Part shown: positions 27,455 through 35,849 of the stretch, in pieces
Layout of the letters: each line of letters opens with the position of its first letter
Position numbering within the stretch: position 1 is the first letter of the stretch
From: Candidatus Omnitrophota bacterium
GTDB lineage: Bacteria; Omnitrophota; Gorgyraeia; Zapsychrales; Zapsychraceae
Length of the DNA: 64,000 nt
Reading direction: 5' to 3'
Assembly (NCBI GenBank): GCA_029261055.1
Contig: JAJDCA010000065.1
Location: 9,581 to 73,580, forward strand
Notes under the pieces: model-generated
The model's database searches: none
What the model was told of the DNA's origin: nothing
Seen by the model: the letters and a program-made list of their open reading frames with translations, nothing else
Program-made: the position numbers and the translations under genes

Positions 27455-28291
27455 TTATTTATTTTTTCTCGCACGATGCTTCGCCTTCAACCCCTTCCGC
27501 TGGTGATTAACATTTTTACGTATTTGTTGCTTAGCCTCCCGCTGAGATGAACCAGGATTATTCGCCCGATATTTATCCGCGCCACTTTTAAACTTTTCTC
27601 GCTTTCCCTGACGATTATCTCGGCGATCTTGACGTTTTTCTTGACGATTTTCACGATTCTCGCTCCGATTTCCCTGACGATCATCTCGCCGATCTTGACG
27701 TCTTTCCTGACGACCTTCTCGATTTTCACTCCGATTTCCCTGACGATTATCTTGGCGATCTTGACGTCTTTCCTGACGGCCTTCTCGATTTTCACTCCGA
27801 TTCCCCTGACGATCATCTCGGCGATCTTGACGTCTTTCCTGACGACCTTCTCGATTTTCACTCCGATTCCCCTGACGATCATCTCGGCGATCTTGACGTC
27901 TTTCCTGACGGCCTTCTCGATTTTCACTCCGATTTCCCTGACGATCATCTCGACGATCTTGACGTCTTTCCTGACGGTCATCTCGATGTTCTTGCCTTTT
28001 TTCCTGACGGTCTTCCTTATTACCTTGTTTATGCTCTTTAGCCTCTTCTTTAAAACCTTTCATCTTTTCACGAATTTCTTCAGGGGACAACCCTTGATCT
28101 TTATACTCTTCAATGGATGATTTCCTTCTGGATTGAAAATCACTCCACCACTGCTTATTTTCTTCTTGTTCCTGATCTCTATACTCTCTAAATTCTGATC
28201 TCGAATCTACCTCACCCGTAGAATCTTCTTGCGCCCAAACAGCAGGTACTAATACGATACTTAGAAGTACTACTAGTGTTAGCTTATTCAT
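27455..28291 (-). CDS. secreted highly charged tandem-repeat protein (about five 22-aa REGRQERRQDRRDDRQGNRSEN units)
   Basis: Signal peptide MNKLTLVVLLSIVLVPAVWAQ, followed by an R/Q/D/E/N-rich low-complexity body. The repeats are encoded by a 66-bp tandem array. Confidence 0.6.
   Translation of the reverse strand: MNKLTLVVLLSIVLVPAVWAQEDSTGEVDSRSEFREYRDQEQEENKQWWSDFQSRRKSSIEEYKDQGLSPEEIREKMKGFKEEAKEHKQGNKEDRQEKRQEHRDDRQERRQDRRDDRQGNRSENREGRQERRQDRRDDRQGNRSENREGRQERRQDRRDDRQGNRSENREGRQERRQDRQDNRQGNRSENREGRQERRQDRRDDRQGNRSENRENRQEKRQDRRDNRQGKREKFKSGADKYRANNPGSSQREAKQQIRKNVNHQRKGLKAKHRARKNK
27597..27990. repeat. 66-bp tandem DNA repeat, about 6 copies, inside the repeat-protein CDS
   Basis: The unit start CTCGATTTTCAC recurs at 27717, 27783, 27849 and 27915 with an exact 66-bp period. 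It generates the spurious overlapping ORFs 27487..27981(-) and 27629..28120(+). Confidence 0.8.
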
Positions 28292-28394
28292 AATTTGGCT
28301 CCTTTTTTTAAATTGCTTCTCTCATTCTTGTTTTCCCATGGGTCCTACTATATTAAACACCCGATGCTCCAAAAAGTTTCGGTAAAAAATGCCC

Positions 28395-28991
28395 TTATCT
28401 TTTTTTCCTATGCTCTCGCTGTAATTTCTTATGCGTTCTCTTTTTTTGCTTCACATCTTTTTTCCGTTCTGCTGATGATTTTTTTAACCGATTATGCTTT
28501 TGCCGAAGTTGCTGCTTTTGTTCCGGAGAAAATTTTTGCCATTTTTCCTTTTTTTGTTTTAACCTATGCCTTTCATCTGGCTTGGTTTGACGAAAACGTT
28601 TATGTTCTTTAATAATACGCTGACGCTCTTCCGGTGTTGTTTTTTTCCACCGTTCAAACTTTTTCTCAACCATCTTACGCCGATGCTTCGGCAAATCATT
28701 ATGTTTTTTCCAATTCTTTTGAATACGAGACTTCTCTTCTTTAGAAAAATTTTTAAACCGGTCATAATTCTTACGTATTTTAGATTTTTCTTCAGAACTA
28801 AGATTTTTCCATTCTTTCCATCGTTGTCGTAATGCTTCTTTTTGTTCCGGCGCTAAATTACGCCATTTCTTCTGCGCAGCCTCTTCAGAGCTCATTTCCT
28901 GGGCTTGAACTTCTAAAACAATACCCACACCCAATAAATTTGCCGTTAGTAAACAGCTTAAAATAATTACCAAATATTTCTTATTATTCAT
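28395..28991 (-). CDS. secreted, extremely basic repeat protein, DUF3106-like
   Basis: A signal/TM peptide, then repeated W-x-x-L-(S/A)-P-E-(Q/E)-K-x-x-(L/I)-R-x-(R/K/N)-(W/Y) units rich in K and R. An 8-nt overlap with the upstream gene indicates translational coupling within the sigma operon. Confidence 0.55.
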   Translation of the reverse strand: MNNKKYLVIILSCLLTANLLGVGIVLEVQAQEMSSEEAAQKKWRNLAPEQKEALRQRWKEWKNLSSEEKSKIRKNYDRFKNFSKEEKSRIQKNWKKHNDLPKHRRKMVEKKFERWKKTTPEERQRIIKEHKRFRQTKPDERHRLKQKKEKWQKFSPEQKQQLRQKHNRLKKSSAERKKDVKQKKRTHKKLQREHRKKR

Positions 28992-29217
28992 CTTTATCGT
29001 CCTCTCTCATTTCATCTAAAACTTCGTATTCTTCTAAAAAAGATAAATCTTGTTCAAGCATATCTATGTTCTCTAAAAAATCTAAATTACCAATGATCTC
29101 TAAATCTTCCTCCGACATTTCTTTTTCAACAACTTCGTCTGCACGACCTGCCTGCCCACTCACAATGGGAAATATTTGAATCAAACATAAAATAAACAAA
29201 ACATAATATTTCCTCAC
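28984..29217 (-). CDS. small secreted acidic protein, related to the periplasmic tail of the adjacent anti-sigma factor
   Basis: 77 aa with signal peptide MRKYYVLFILCLIQIFPIVSG. EIIGNLDFLENIDMLEQDLSFLEE resembles EIIEDIDFLVDLEVIENLDVLE in the anti-sigma C-terminus. Confidence 0.5.
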   Translation of the reverse strand: MRKYYVLFILCLIQIFPIVSGQAGRADEVVEKEMSEEDLEIIGNLDFLENIDMLEQDLSFLEEYEVLDEMREDDKDE

Positions 29218-29723
29218 GCTTCGCCCTCCAAAACATCCAAATTCTCAATAACTTCTAAATCCACCAAGAAATCAATATCTTCAATAATTTCATAATGCTC
29301 AATCAATTCCATATTTGCCACCATTTCAAAATACCCTTCATTCAAATGGGCCAAACCTTCATCAGATAACCGCCCATTAAAATAATTTTGTATACTCAAA
29401 AACCCAACAATAATCATAATACAGGTTGTTGCTAAAACAGGTACAAGCGGCCTTTTAGACAATCCAGCGCTTAAATTCTTTAAAATAGCTTCATGCCACG
29501 GTGTCCGTAACGAAAGTTCTGTCCAAAAACGGGACACATAATCCGGTGCCGGCTCAATATCGGCTATTTCATCCAACATATCCCAAGATCGCTCAAAGGC
29601 TGAAATCTCCTTTTGACACAGCAAACAAGAAGCCAGATGATCTTTAACCTCTTTACTTTCTTGAGGTTGCAGCTCACCTTCCAAATAAATCGGCATTAAT
29701 TTTTTTATACTCTCACAGTTCAT
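29214..29723 (-). CDS. zf-HC2 anti-sigma factor, single-pass membrane protein
   Basis: N-terminal C..GEL....H..C..C zinc-finger (CESIKKLMPIYLEGEL...HLASCLLCQ), a central TM helix, and an acidic periplasmic tail. It lies immediately downstream of the ECF sigma gene. Confidence 0.7.
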   Translation of the reverse strand: MNCESIKKLMPIYLEGELQPQESKEVKDHLASCLLCQKEISAFERSWDMLDEIADIEPAPDYVSRFWTELSLRTPWHEAILKNLSAGLSKRPLVPVLATTCIMIIVGFLSIQNYFNGRLSDEGLAHLNEGYFEMVANMELIEHYEIIEDIDFLVDLEVIENLDVLEGEA

Positions 29724-29778
29724 TTTCTTATGCCTCCATTACTTCTAACACCAAACAAGCCAAAAAGTTCCGATGTTT

Positions 29779-30387
29779 TTATACCCATTTCACTAATTTA
29801 GTCCTCAAATTCTCTTTAGCTCTATTCAATAATGACTTCACAGCTTTTTCCGACGTCCCCATAGTTTGCGCAATTTGCTCATAAGAAAATTTGTCATACC
29901 TCCGCAAAAGAACCGCCAGACGCTGATTTTCCGGTAAACTGTTGATCGCTTTGCGAATAGCCGTCACCTTTTCCTTCTGCACCATAGCCTGATCAGGACC
30001 CAAAGTTTCCGTATCCGCCATTTGCCTTTGCATCTCATTTTTGCCTGTATCAAATGGTGCATCCAATGAAACCATACCTTTTCGATTTCGTCTCAATTCA
30101 TTCAAACTCATATTTTTTGCAATAGTGTACACCCACGTCTGAAATTTTGATTGAGGCTGATAATAGGATCCGCTTTTGTATACTTTAATAAAGACTTCCT
30201 GCGTGATGTCTTCCGCAATCTCACGGGTACCCACAAAACGATAAATAAAATTCAGTAAGCGAGGAAAATATTTACGCAACAAGGCCTCAAAAGCCGCCTT
30301 ATCGCCTTGTTGAAAAGATAACATCAATTGAACATCTGGGTCGGAAAGATAGGGATTTAAATTATCGTTCGGATTAAACACGGTCAT
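29779..30387 (-). CDS. ECF (group IV sigma-70) RNA polymerase sigma factor
   Basis: 202 aa with a sigma-70 region 2 (FIYRFVGTREIAEDITQEVFIKVY) and a region 4 helix-turn-helix (LPENQRLAVLLRRYDKFSYEQIAQTMG). Confidence 0.85.
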   Translation of the reverse strand: MTVFNPNDNLNPYLSDPDVQLMLSFQQGDKAAFEALLRKYFPRLLNFIYRFVGTREIAEDITQEVFIKVYKSGSYYQPQSKFQTWVYTIAKNMSLNELRRNRKGMVSLDAPFDTGKNEMQRQMADTETLGPDQAMVQKEKVTAIRKAINSLPENQRLAVLLRRYDKFSYEQIAQTMGTSEKAVKSLLNRAKENLRTKLVKWV

Positions 30388-30983
30388 GCGGATAAAAACG
30401 CTAATTCCTCGGGGGTTGAAACACGATTAAGAACCTTATTCCGGTGCGGAAAACGCTGAAATCTTTTAACCGTTTCACAATGATTTTTCGCATAATTAAG
30501 ATTGGCTTCGTAATACGACAGATTAGCCGGATTTACTTTTTTAACTAATTCCATCAACCCGGTAAAACATGCTACAGAAAATTCTTGCACCTCTATATCT
30601 TCAGCATGCATAAATGGCAAATAAACAAATTTACGTTCAATCAAGGATAAATCTTCATCCATTGTATCCCGCACCATCTCTTGGCTTAACGCGAGGGCTT
30701 TGGGATCACTCGCATACATCTTTACTGTATTGCGATACATATTCCTGGAAAATTGATCAAACAAAATGATCAAAGCCAATCGGCCGCGGGCCGTTTTTTC
30801 CCATTCGCGATACTGGCCATCATAAGCCTTATTCCAATCATCTTCAAATAATTCACGAATTTTTTCATCAAAGCGCCTGTTAGAAGCAAACCACCGGCTA
30901 AACGGAGGATTCTTTTTCTTAATTAAAACCTGATCATTGGCCCCTTCCAGCCAAAAATCTAATATTGCCGTGTAATCACGCAT
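30384..30983 (-). CDS. DUF924 family protein
   Basis: LILFDQFSRNMYRNT and YLPFMHAED match the conserved DUF924 motifs. Confidence 0.7.
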   Translation of the reverse strand: MRDYTAILDFWLEGANDQVLIKKKNPPFSRWFASNRRFDEKIRELFEDDWNKAYDGQYREWEKTARGRLALIILFDQFSRNMYRNTVKMYASDPKALALSQEMVRDTMDEDLSLIERKFVYLPFMHAEDIEVQEFSVACFTGLMELVKKVNPANLSYYEANLNYAKNHCETVKRFQRFPHRNKVLNRVSTPEELAFLSA

Positions 30984-31716
30984 GGGATACAGTCTCTAAA
31001 AGATAATTTTGTCGAATATTTTGAAGACTACGAAAAATATTTTTAACCATCGCTGGATTATGCCGCTCCATGTCACGGATCATAGATTTAATAATCATGC
31101 GATGCGAGGTGTCCTCATTCGCACATTTGGACTGTCCCATTGATGCGATTCCTAACTCTTTAGCAAGAGCCTGCATATTGTATTCTCGCTCGTAAGCAAG
31201 AGGACGGATGATTGTGACCTTTCCACCGAAAAGCTCTTGTTTAGGTTTCATCGCCCCAATCTCACCGCGATAAAATTGATTCAAAAGAATCGTCTCTACA
31301 ATATCATCCAAATGATGCCCAAACGCTATTTTCGTAAAACCTTTACGGTCCGCCAATTGAAAAAGTGCTTTACGCCGTGCGCGTGACCAAACAAAACAGT
31401 CAATCCCTTCGTATTGCTCTTCTTTTAATGAATCCACCTTTTCTAGAAAATATGGAAACTCCGCTTTTTGAAAATAATCAATAAGGTCCTGTGGATCAAA
31501 ATCCGGAAATCCAAAATCAACATGTACCGCACAAAATTCAAATTTTACCGGACTGATCCGCAAGCGATCCCTCAACACATGCAAAAGCGACAAGCTATCC
31601 TTGCCGCCGGATACCGCCACAGCAATCCTGTCGCCTTCTTCAATCATGCCGAAATCCATAATCGCCTGACCGGCCAAACGTGAGACTTTAATTAATTGAG
31701 TGGGTTCATTTTTCAT
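30976..31716 (-). CDS. PP-loop ATPase, TtcA-like tRNA 2-thiocytidine synthase family
   Basis: PP-loop AVAVSGGKDSLSLL, plus AFGHHLDDIVETILLNQFYRG matching the TtcA GHH(R)DD region. Confidence 0.75.
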   Translation of the reverse strand: MKNEPTQLIKVSRLAGQAIMDFGMIEEGDRIAVAVSGGKDSLSLLHVLRDRLRISPVKFEFCAVHVDFGFPDFDPQDLIDYFQKAEFPYFLEKVDSLKEEQYEGIDCFVWSRARRKALFQLADRKGFTKIAFGHHLDDIVETILLNQFYRGEIGAMKPKQELFGGKVTIIRPLAYEREYNMQALAKELGIASMGQSKCANEDTSHRMIIKSMIRDMERHNPAMVKNIFRSLQNIRQNYLLETVSHA

Positions 31717-31739
31717 AGATGTCTAACTTCTCACTACCT

Positions 31740-32591
31740 TTAATCAAACACAACGGTTTTATTCCCATACCGAAGAATTTTGTGGTGGAGGTGTAAGCGG
31801 AGGGCACGATTGAGGACAAGTTTTTCTAGATCTTCGCCTTTAAGGATGAGGTCTTGCAGTGAATCACGATGACTGATGTGTACCGTGTCTTGTGCAATGA
31901 TGGGGCCCTCGTCTAATTGGGCGGTCACGTAATGGCTAGTGGCACCAATAATTTTGACGCCTTTTTGATAGGCCTGCGCATAAGGACTTTTACCGGCAAA
32001 AGCAGGTAAAAAAGAATGATGGATATTAATAATCCGATCGACATAATTTTGAATAAATGATTCTGTCAAAATTTGATGATATCTAGCTAAAATAATCCCA
32101 TCAATATTTTCTTTCTGTAATAAATTTATTTGCTGTTTTTCCTGATCCATTTTATTTTCTTGCGTAATCGGAAATTCTGCAAACGTAATACCAAATTCAT
32201 TCGCAATAACCTCAGCATCAGCATGATTGCTTACGATCAACGGAATTTCACAGGCCAGCTGCCCGGCCTTGTATCGCAAAAGTACATCATAAAGACAATG
32301 CGTATGCCTAGAAACGAATAAGGCCATACGCGGCAAAATATCTGTAAAATACACATTCCATTGCATGGAAAATTGTTGTGCAATGGCTGAAAACTGTTCC
32401 GCAATCGCTTGTTTTTCAATGGAAAATCCTTCAAGCTCCCATTCAATACGCATAAAAAACGTATTACTCTGCTCATCAATATGCTGATCAGCGTGCACAA
32501 TATTACCCTTATTTTGATAAACAAAATTGGTAACTGTAGCGGTAATACCTTTTTGGTCGGGACAGGATATAAGAAGAATAGCGTGGGACAT
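31740..32591 (-). CDS. purU: formyltetrahydrofolate deformylase
   Basis: N-terminal ACT domain (ILLISCPDQKGITATVTNFV) plus a formyltransferase core (HHSFLPAF, IIGATSHYVT). Confidence 0.85.
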   Translation of the reverse strand: MSHAILLISCPDQKGITATVTNFVYQNKGNIVHADQHIDEQSNTFFMRIEWELEGFSIEKQAIAEQFSAIAQQFSMQWNVYFTDILPRMALFVSRHTHCLYDVLLRYKAGQLACEIPLIVSNHADAEVIANEFGITFAEFPITQENKMDQEKQQINLLQKENIDGIILARYHQILTESFIQNYVDRIINIHHSFLPAFAGKSPYAQAYQKGVKIIGATSHYVTAQLDEGPIIAQDTVHISHRDSLQDLILKGEDLEKLVLNRALRLHLHHKILRYGNKTVVFD

Positions 32592-32595
32592 TTTA

Positions 32596-33735
32596 TTATT
32601 TCTCTAAAGCATTATCTAAATCAGCAATCAAATCTTTAACCTCTTCAATGCCGACAGAAACCCGAATAGTCTCTGGAGTAATACCAGACGCTTTAAGACC
32701 ATCCTCACCCATGGAGGCATGACTCATATGCCAAGGCGACTCAATGAGAGATTCTATCCCGCCTAAAGATTCGGCAAGATTGAAATATTGCAACTTGGCA
32801 AAGAATTGATCAAGGGACACTTTGCTCGTATCTAACTCAAATGAAAGCATACCGCCAAAACCTTTCATTTGCTTTTTAATAAGATCCTGCTGAGGATGAC
32901 TGGCCAAACCAGGATAATACACTTTTTTGACATGCGCATGCTGTTCTAAATGTTGCGCAATCGCCAAGGCATTAGCCTGATGTGCTTCCATGCGATGGGC
33001 CAAAGTTTTGACGCCACGTAAAACTAACCACGCATCAAACGGCGCCTCAGATACTCCTAAAGCATTTACCAAATAACGAATACGATCTTCCATCTCTTCG
33101 CTATTAAAAATAATCGCTCCACCCACCACATCACTATGCCCATTAATGTATTTTGTCGTTGAATGCATGACAATATCCGCACCCAACTCGAGAGGATTTT
33201 GAAAATAAGGTGACATAAACGTATTATCTACCGCCGTCACAATACCTCGCTCTTTAGCCAGCGCAATCATAGCTTCTAAATCGACAATATTTAATAAAGG
33301 ATTAGATGGCGTTTCAATCCACATCATTTTTGTTTTATCCGTCATGGCACTCTTGACTTCATCCACGTTGCGCATATTCACAAAAGAAAATGTCAAACCC
33401 ATCTGCGACATAACTTGATTAAACAATCGATAAACCCCACCGTAAATATCATTACCCGTTACCACATGATCTCCGGGCTTAAGAAGAAACATCAATGCCG
33501 TCACGGCGGCCATACCTGTGGCTGTCACACAACACCCCCTACCACCTTCGAGGGATGCTAAATTTTCCTCCAAGGCTGTGCGTGTAGGATTACCGCTGCG
33601 CGTGTAATCGTATCCTTTATTTTTACCGATCGCATCATAATAAAACGTTGAGGTAGGATAAATAGGTGTGGTAACGGAGTTGTAACTTTTATCTTTGTAA
33701 ACACCCGTATGGACAGAGTTGGTTTTAATATTCAT
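32596..33735 (-). CDS. Cys/Met-metabolism PLP-dependent enzyme (cystathionine gamma-synthase/lyase or methionine gamma-lyase family)
   Basis: 379 aa with YTRSGNPTR and a PLP-binding STTKYINGHSD lysine motif. Confidence 0.8.
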   Translation of the reverse strand: MNIKTNSVHTGVYKDKSYNSVTTPIYPTSTFYYDAIGKNKGYDYTRSGNPTRTALEENLASLEGGRGCCVTATGMAAVTALMFLLKPGDHVVTGNDIYGGVYRLFNQVMSQMGLTFSFVNMRNVDEVKSAMTDKTKMMWIETPSNPLLNIVDLEAMIALAKERGIVTAVDNTFMSPYFQNPLELGADIVMHSTTKYINGHSDVVGGAIIFNSEEMEDRIRYLVNALGVSEAPFDAWLVLRGVKTLAHRMEAHQANALAIAQHLEQHAHVKKVYYPGLASHPQQDLIKKQMKGFGGMLSFELDTSKVSLDQFFAKLQYFNLAESLGGIESLIESPWHMSHASMGEDGLKASGITPETIRVSVGIEEVKDLIADLDNALEK

Positions 33736-33753
33736 AAAATTATGATACCTTTA

Positions 33754-34680
33754 TCAAAACGCATAGTCAATGGAGGAAATTAGGCGAAAATCATTCTTTT
33801 CGGCACTGCCGGAAGGTTTTGAATTATAATCGTCAATAAAACTCAAACGCCATTCGATATGCTCACTGAGAGGATTTATTAAAGATGTCTCGGAATGCAA
33901 ACGGAATTGCTCAAATTCTTCCAAAGAAGGATACATAGTAATATCTTGAGATACTTTTAAATCGTCAAATAATACCTTTTCAAAGAAAGCTCGCGGTACG
34001 AAAACGACTTGATTTTCATTCTCTGTTCCATCCCGGTAATTTGTATGTTCAAAACCGAGAGCCCCTTCAATCATAGCCTTCCATTCTTCTTCATCGGAAA
34101 ACCAATACCCCACACCCGCAGAGGGAATCAAACGATAATTTACATTAGCAAAACGATCTTGATTCCCTTCAAATTTGTAAAAATTGTACCATTTGTACTC
34201 CTGACCGAAACTAAAGGCATATCGCAACATACCGTTAAATTTTTTGGCATCCATTTTTTCATTCGCTGAAGAAATGTAACTATGCAATTTCCCTGACCAT
34301 TCTGCATGATCTAACTTCCGACTGATATCAAATTTACCTGAAAACTGACTCGCTTCCGTATTCCCGCTGGCTTGGCTGTATCCCAAAGAAATTTTACGAC
34401 TCCATTTACTTTTTTCATCTTGTGGAACTTTTTCCGTTTCTAAAAAAATATCTTCTACAATCGCTTCGACATCATCTGTTAAGCCATAATCAACAAATTC
34501 TTTATCTACAGAAACTTTCCCAAAAGCTTGTGTTTGCACAATAATCTTTTTTTTGGTTTCTTTGACAATTTCACCTGTCACCTTATCGCCATTTTTAAGA
34601 AAAATTTCTTTAGCGTGAAGCTGCGAGGAAGTTAAAAAAATAGCTGCCAGTATCAGCAGCAAAATTGAAGGATGTTTCAT
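33754..34680 (-). CDS. DUF481 (YdiY-like) outer-membrane beta-barrel protein
   Basis: A signal peptide, then the N-terminal IFLKNGDKVTGEIV module, then a GNT-containing beta-strand region with an aromatic C-terminus (DYAF). Confidence 0.65.
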   Translation of the reverse strand: MKHPSILLLILAAIFLTSSQLHAKEIFLKNGDKVTGEIVKETKKKIIVQTQAFGKVSVDKEFVDYGLTDDVEAIVEDIFLETEKVPQDEKSKWSRKISLGYSQASGNTEASQFSGKFDISRKLDHAEWSGKLHSYISSANEKMDAKKFNGMLRYAFSFGQEYKWYNFYKFEGNQDRFANVNYRLIPSAGVGYWFSDEEEWKAMIEGALGFEHTNYRDGTENENQVVFVPRAFFEKVLFDDLKVSQDITMYPSLEEFEQFRLHSETSLINPLSEHIEWRLSFIDDYNSKPSGSAEKNDFRLISSIDYAF

Positions 34681-34686
34681 AATGAG

Positions 34687-35307
34687 TTAAAATAAACTTG
34701 CTTGTTCGACAGGAACAATTTTAAAATTTGGTTTATCGACGCCAAAACTTTCATAAATTTGCATGAAAGTTTCAAGTCTTTGGTCTTGAGCCACTTCCAA
34801 AAGTCGCGTAAACATTGTGTAGGTTAACTCTACGTCAGCGAGGGCCCTGTGCGTTGCCCCCACCGGCACCCCTAAATATTGAGCCACACTGGCTAATTTG
34901 TGATTACTCAAATGCGGCAAAAGGTTCTTAGCCATTTTTAACGTATCTACGGCAGGTGTTTCTTTCTTCAATTTACGACCAATTTTGGATAACCCATGAC
35001 ACAAAAAGCCTAAATCAAATTTTACATTATGTCCGACTAAACATGCCCCGCCAATAAAATCAGTAAACTTAGGTAAAACTTCATTTGCCAGTGGCGCTGT
35101 CGCAACCATTTCTTCAGTAATCTTATTGACCTGTTGCGCTCCAAGCGGAAGTGATCGCTGAGGATTAATTAAAGATTCAAAGGTATCAATTGTTTCCCCT
35201 CTTTTCACCTTTACCGCCGCAATTTCAATAATACAGTCGCCCCCTACGGGAGACAAGCCTGTTGTTTCGACGTCAAATACTACATATTCTGTATCTTTTG
35301 CAATCAT
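34687..35307 (-). CDS. DnaQ-like 3'-5' exonuclease (DEDDh family)
   Basis: Exo I VVFDVETTG, plus Exo II and Exo III (HRALADVELT) motifs. The start is set at the Met preceded by AAAGGAG; the ORF track start is 35328. Confidence 0.75.
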   Translation of the reverse strand: MIAKDTEYVVFDVETTGLSPVGGDCIIEIAAVKVKRGETIDTFESLINPQRSLPLGAQQVNKITEEMVATAPLANEVLPKFTDFIGGACLVGHNVKFDLGFLCHGLSKIGRKLKKETPAVDTLKMAKNLLPHLSNHKLASVAQYLGVPVGATHRALADVELTYTMFTRLLEVAQDQRLETFMQIYESFGVDKPNFKIVPVEQASLF

Positions 35308-35325
35308 TCTGTCTCCTTTAAAGAA

Positions 35326-35384
35326 CATGATAAATCATGCCCCTACAAATCAACATTCCCGTACGGGCATGATAAATCATGCCC
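35326..35384. promoter_or_regulatory. pair of palindromic sites (CATGATAAATCATGCCC; the second copy is the perfect palindrome GGGCATGATAAATCATGCCC) in the sufU-exonuclease intergenic region
   Basis: Direct reading: copy 1 is at 35326-35343. Copy 2 is at 35365-35384, a perfect palindrome with 8-bp arms and a 4-bp centre. The copies are 39 bp apart, start to start. Confidence 0.35.
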
Positions 35385-35393
35385 TTGACTTAA

Positions 35394-35849
35394 TTATTCC
35401 GTCGTAATACTTTCTTTATTTTCCAAAGCTCCATTCATCGTATGCCAACAGAGACTGGCGCATTTAACGCGGGAAGGAAAATGCCATATGCCGGAAAAAA
35501 TAGCTAACTTACCTAAAATGTGGGCGTCTTTTTCTGGATTAAGTTCACCGATAACCAGCTGATGAAATTGTCGAAAAAGCTCTTTAGCTTCTTCAACATT
35601 TTTTCCTTTGAGCGCTTCTGTCATCATGGATGCGGAAGCTTTTGAAATCGCACAACCTTCGCCCTCAAAAGAAACGTCTTCAATAATGTCACCTGTGACA
35701 TGAAGATAAACACTCAAATGATCTCCACACAAAGGATTATAACCTTCGGCATCATGCGTGGCTAGTTCTATTTTGTGGAAATTACGCGGTTTTTTATTAT
35801 GTTCGAGAATTACCTGCTGATAAAGTTCTGCGCGGCTGTCCATGCTCAT
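35394..35849 (-). CDS. sufU: SUF-system Fe-S scaffold/sulfur acceptor SufU (NifU/IscU-like)
   Basis: NPLCGD, GEGCAISKASASMM and a C-terminal Cys motif. Confidence 0.85.
   Translation of the reverse strand: MSMDSRAELYQQVILEHNKKPRNFHKIELATHDAEGYNPLCGDHLSVYLHVTGDIIEDVSFEGEGCAISKASASMMTEALKGKNVEEAKELFRQFHQLVIGELNPEKDAHILGKLAIFSGIWHFPSRVKCASLCWHTMNGALENKESITTE

Noticed and set aside
27597-27990. Possible CRISPR array
   Set aside because: The repeats are contiguous (no spacers), 66 bp long and sit in-frame inside a CDS. No cas genes are present, so it is not CRISPR.
27487-28120. 164-aa (-) and 163-aa (+) ORFs inside the repeat-protein gene
   Set aside because: They are products of the 66-bp tandem array being open in several frames. 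The secreted protein frame is the only one with a signal peptide and start context.
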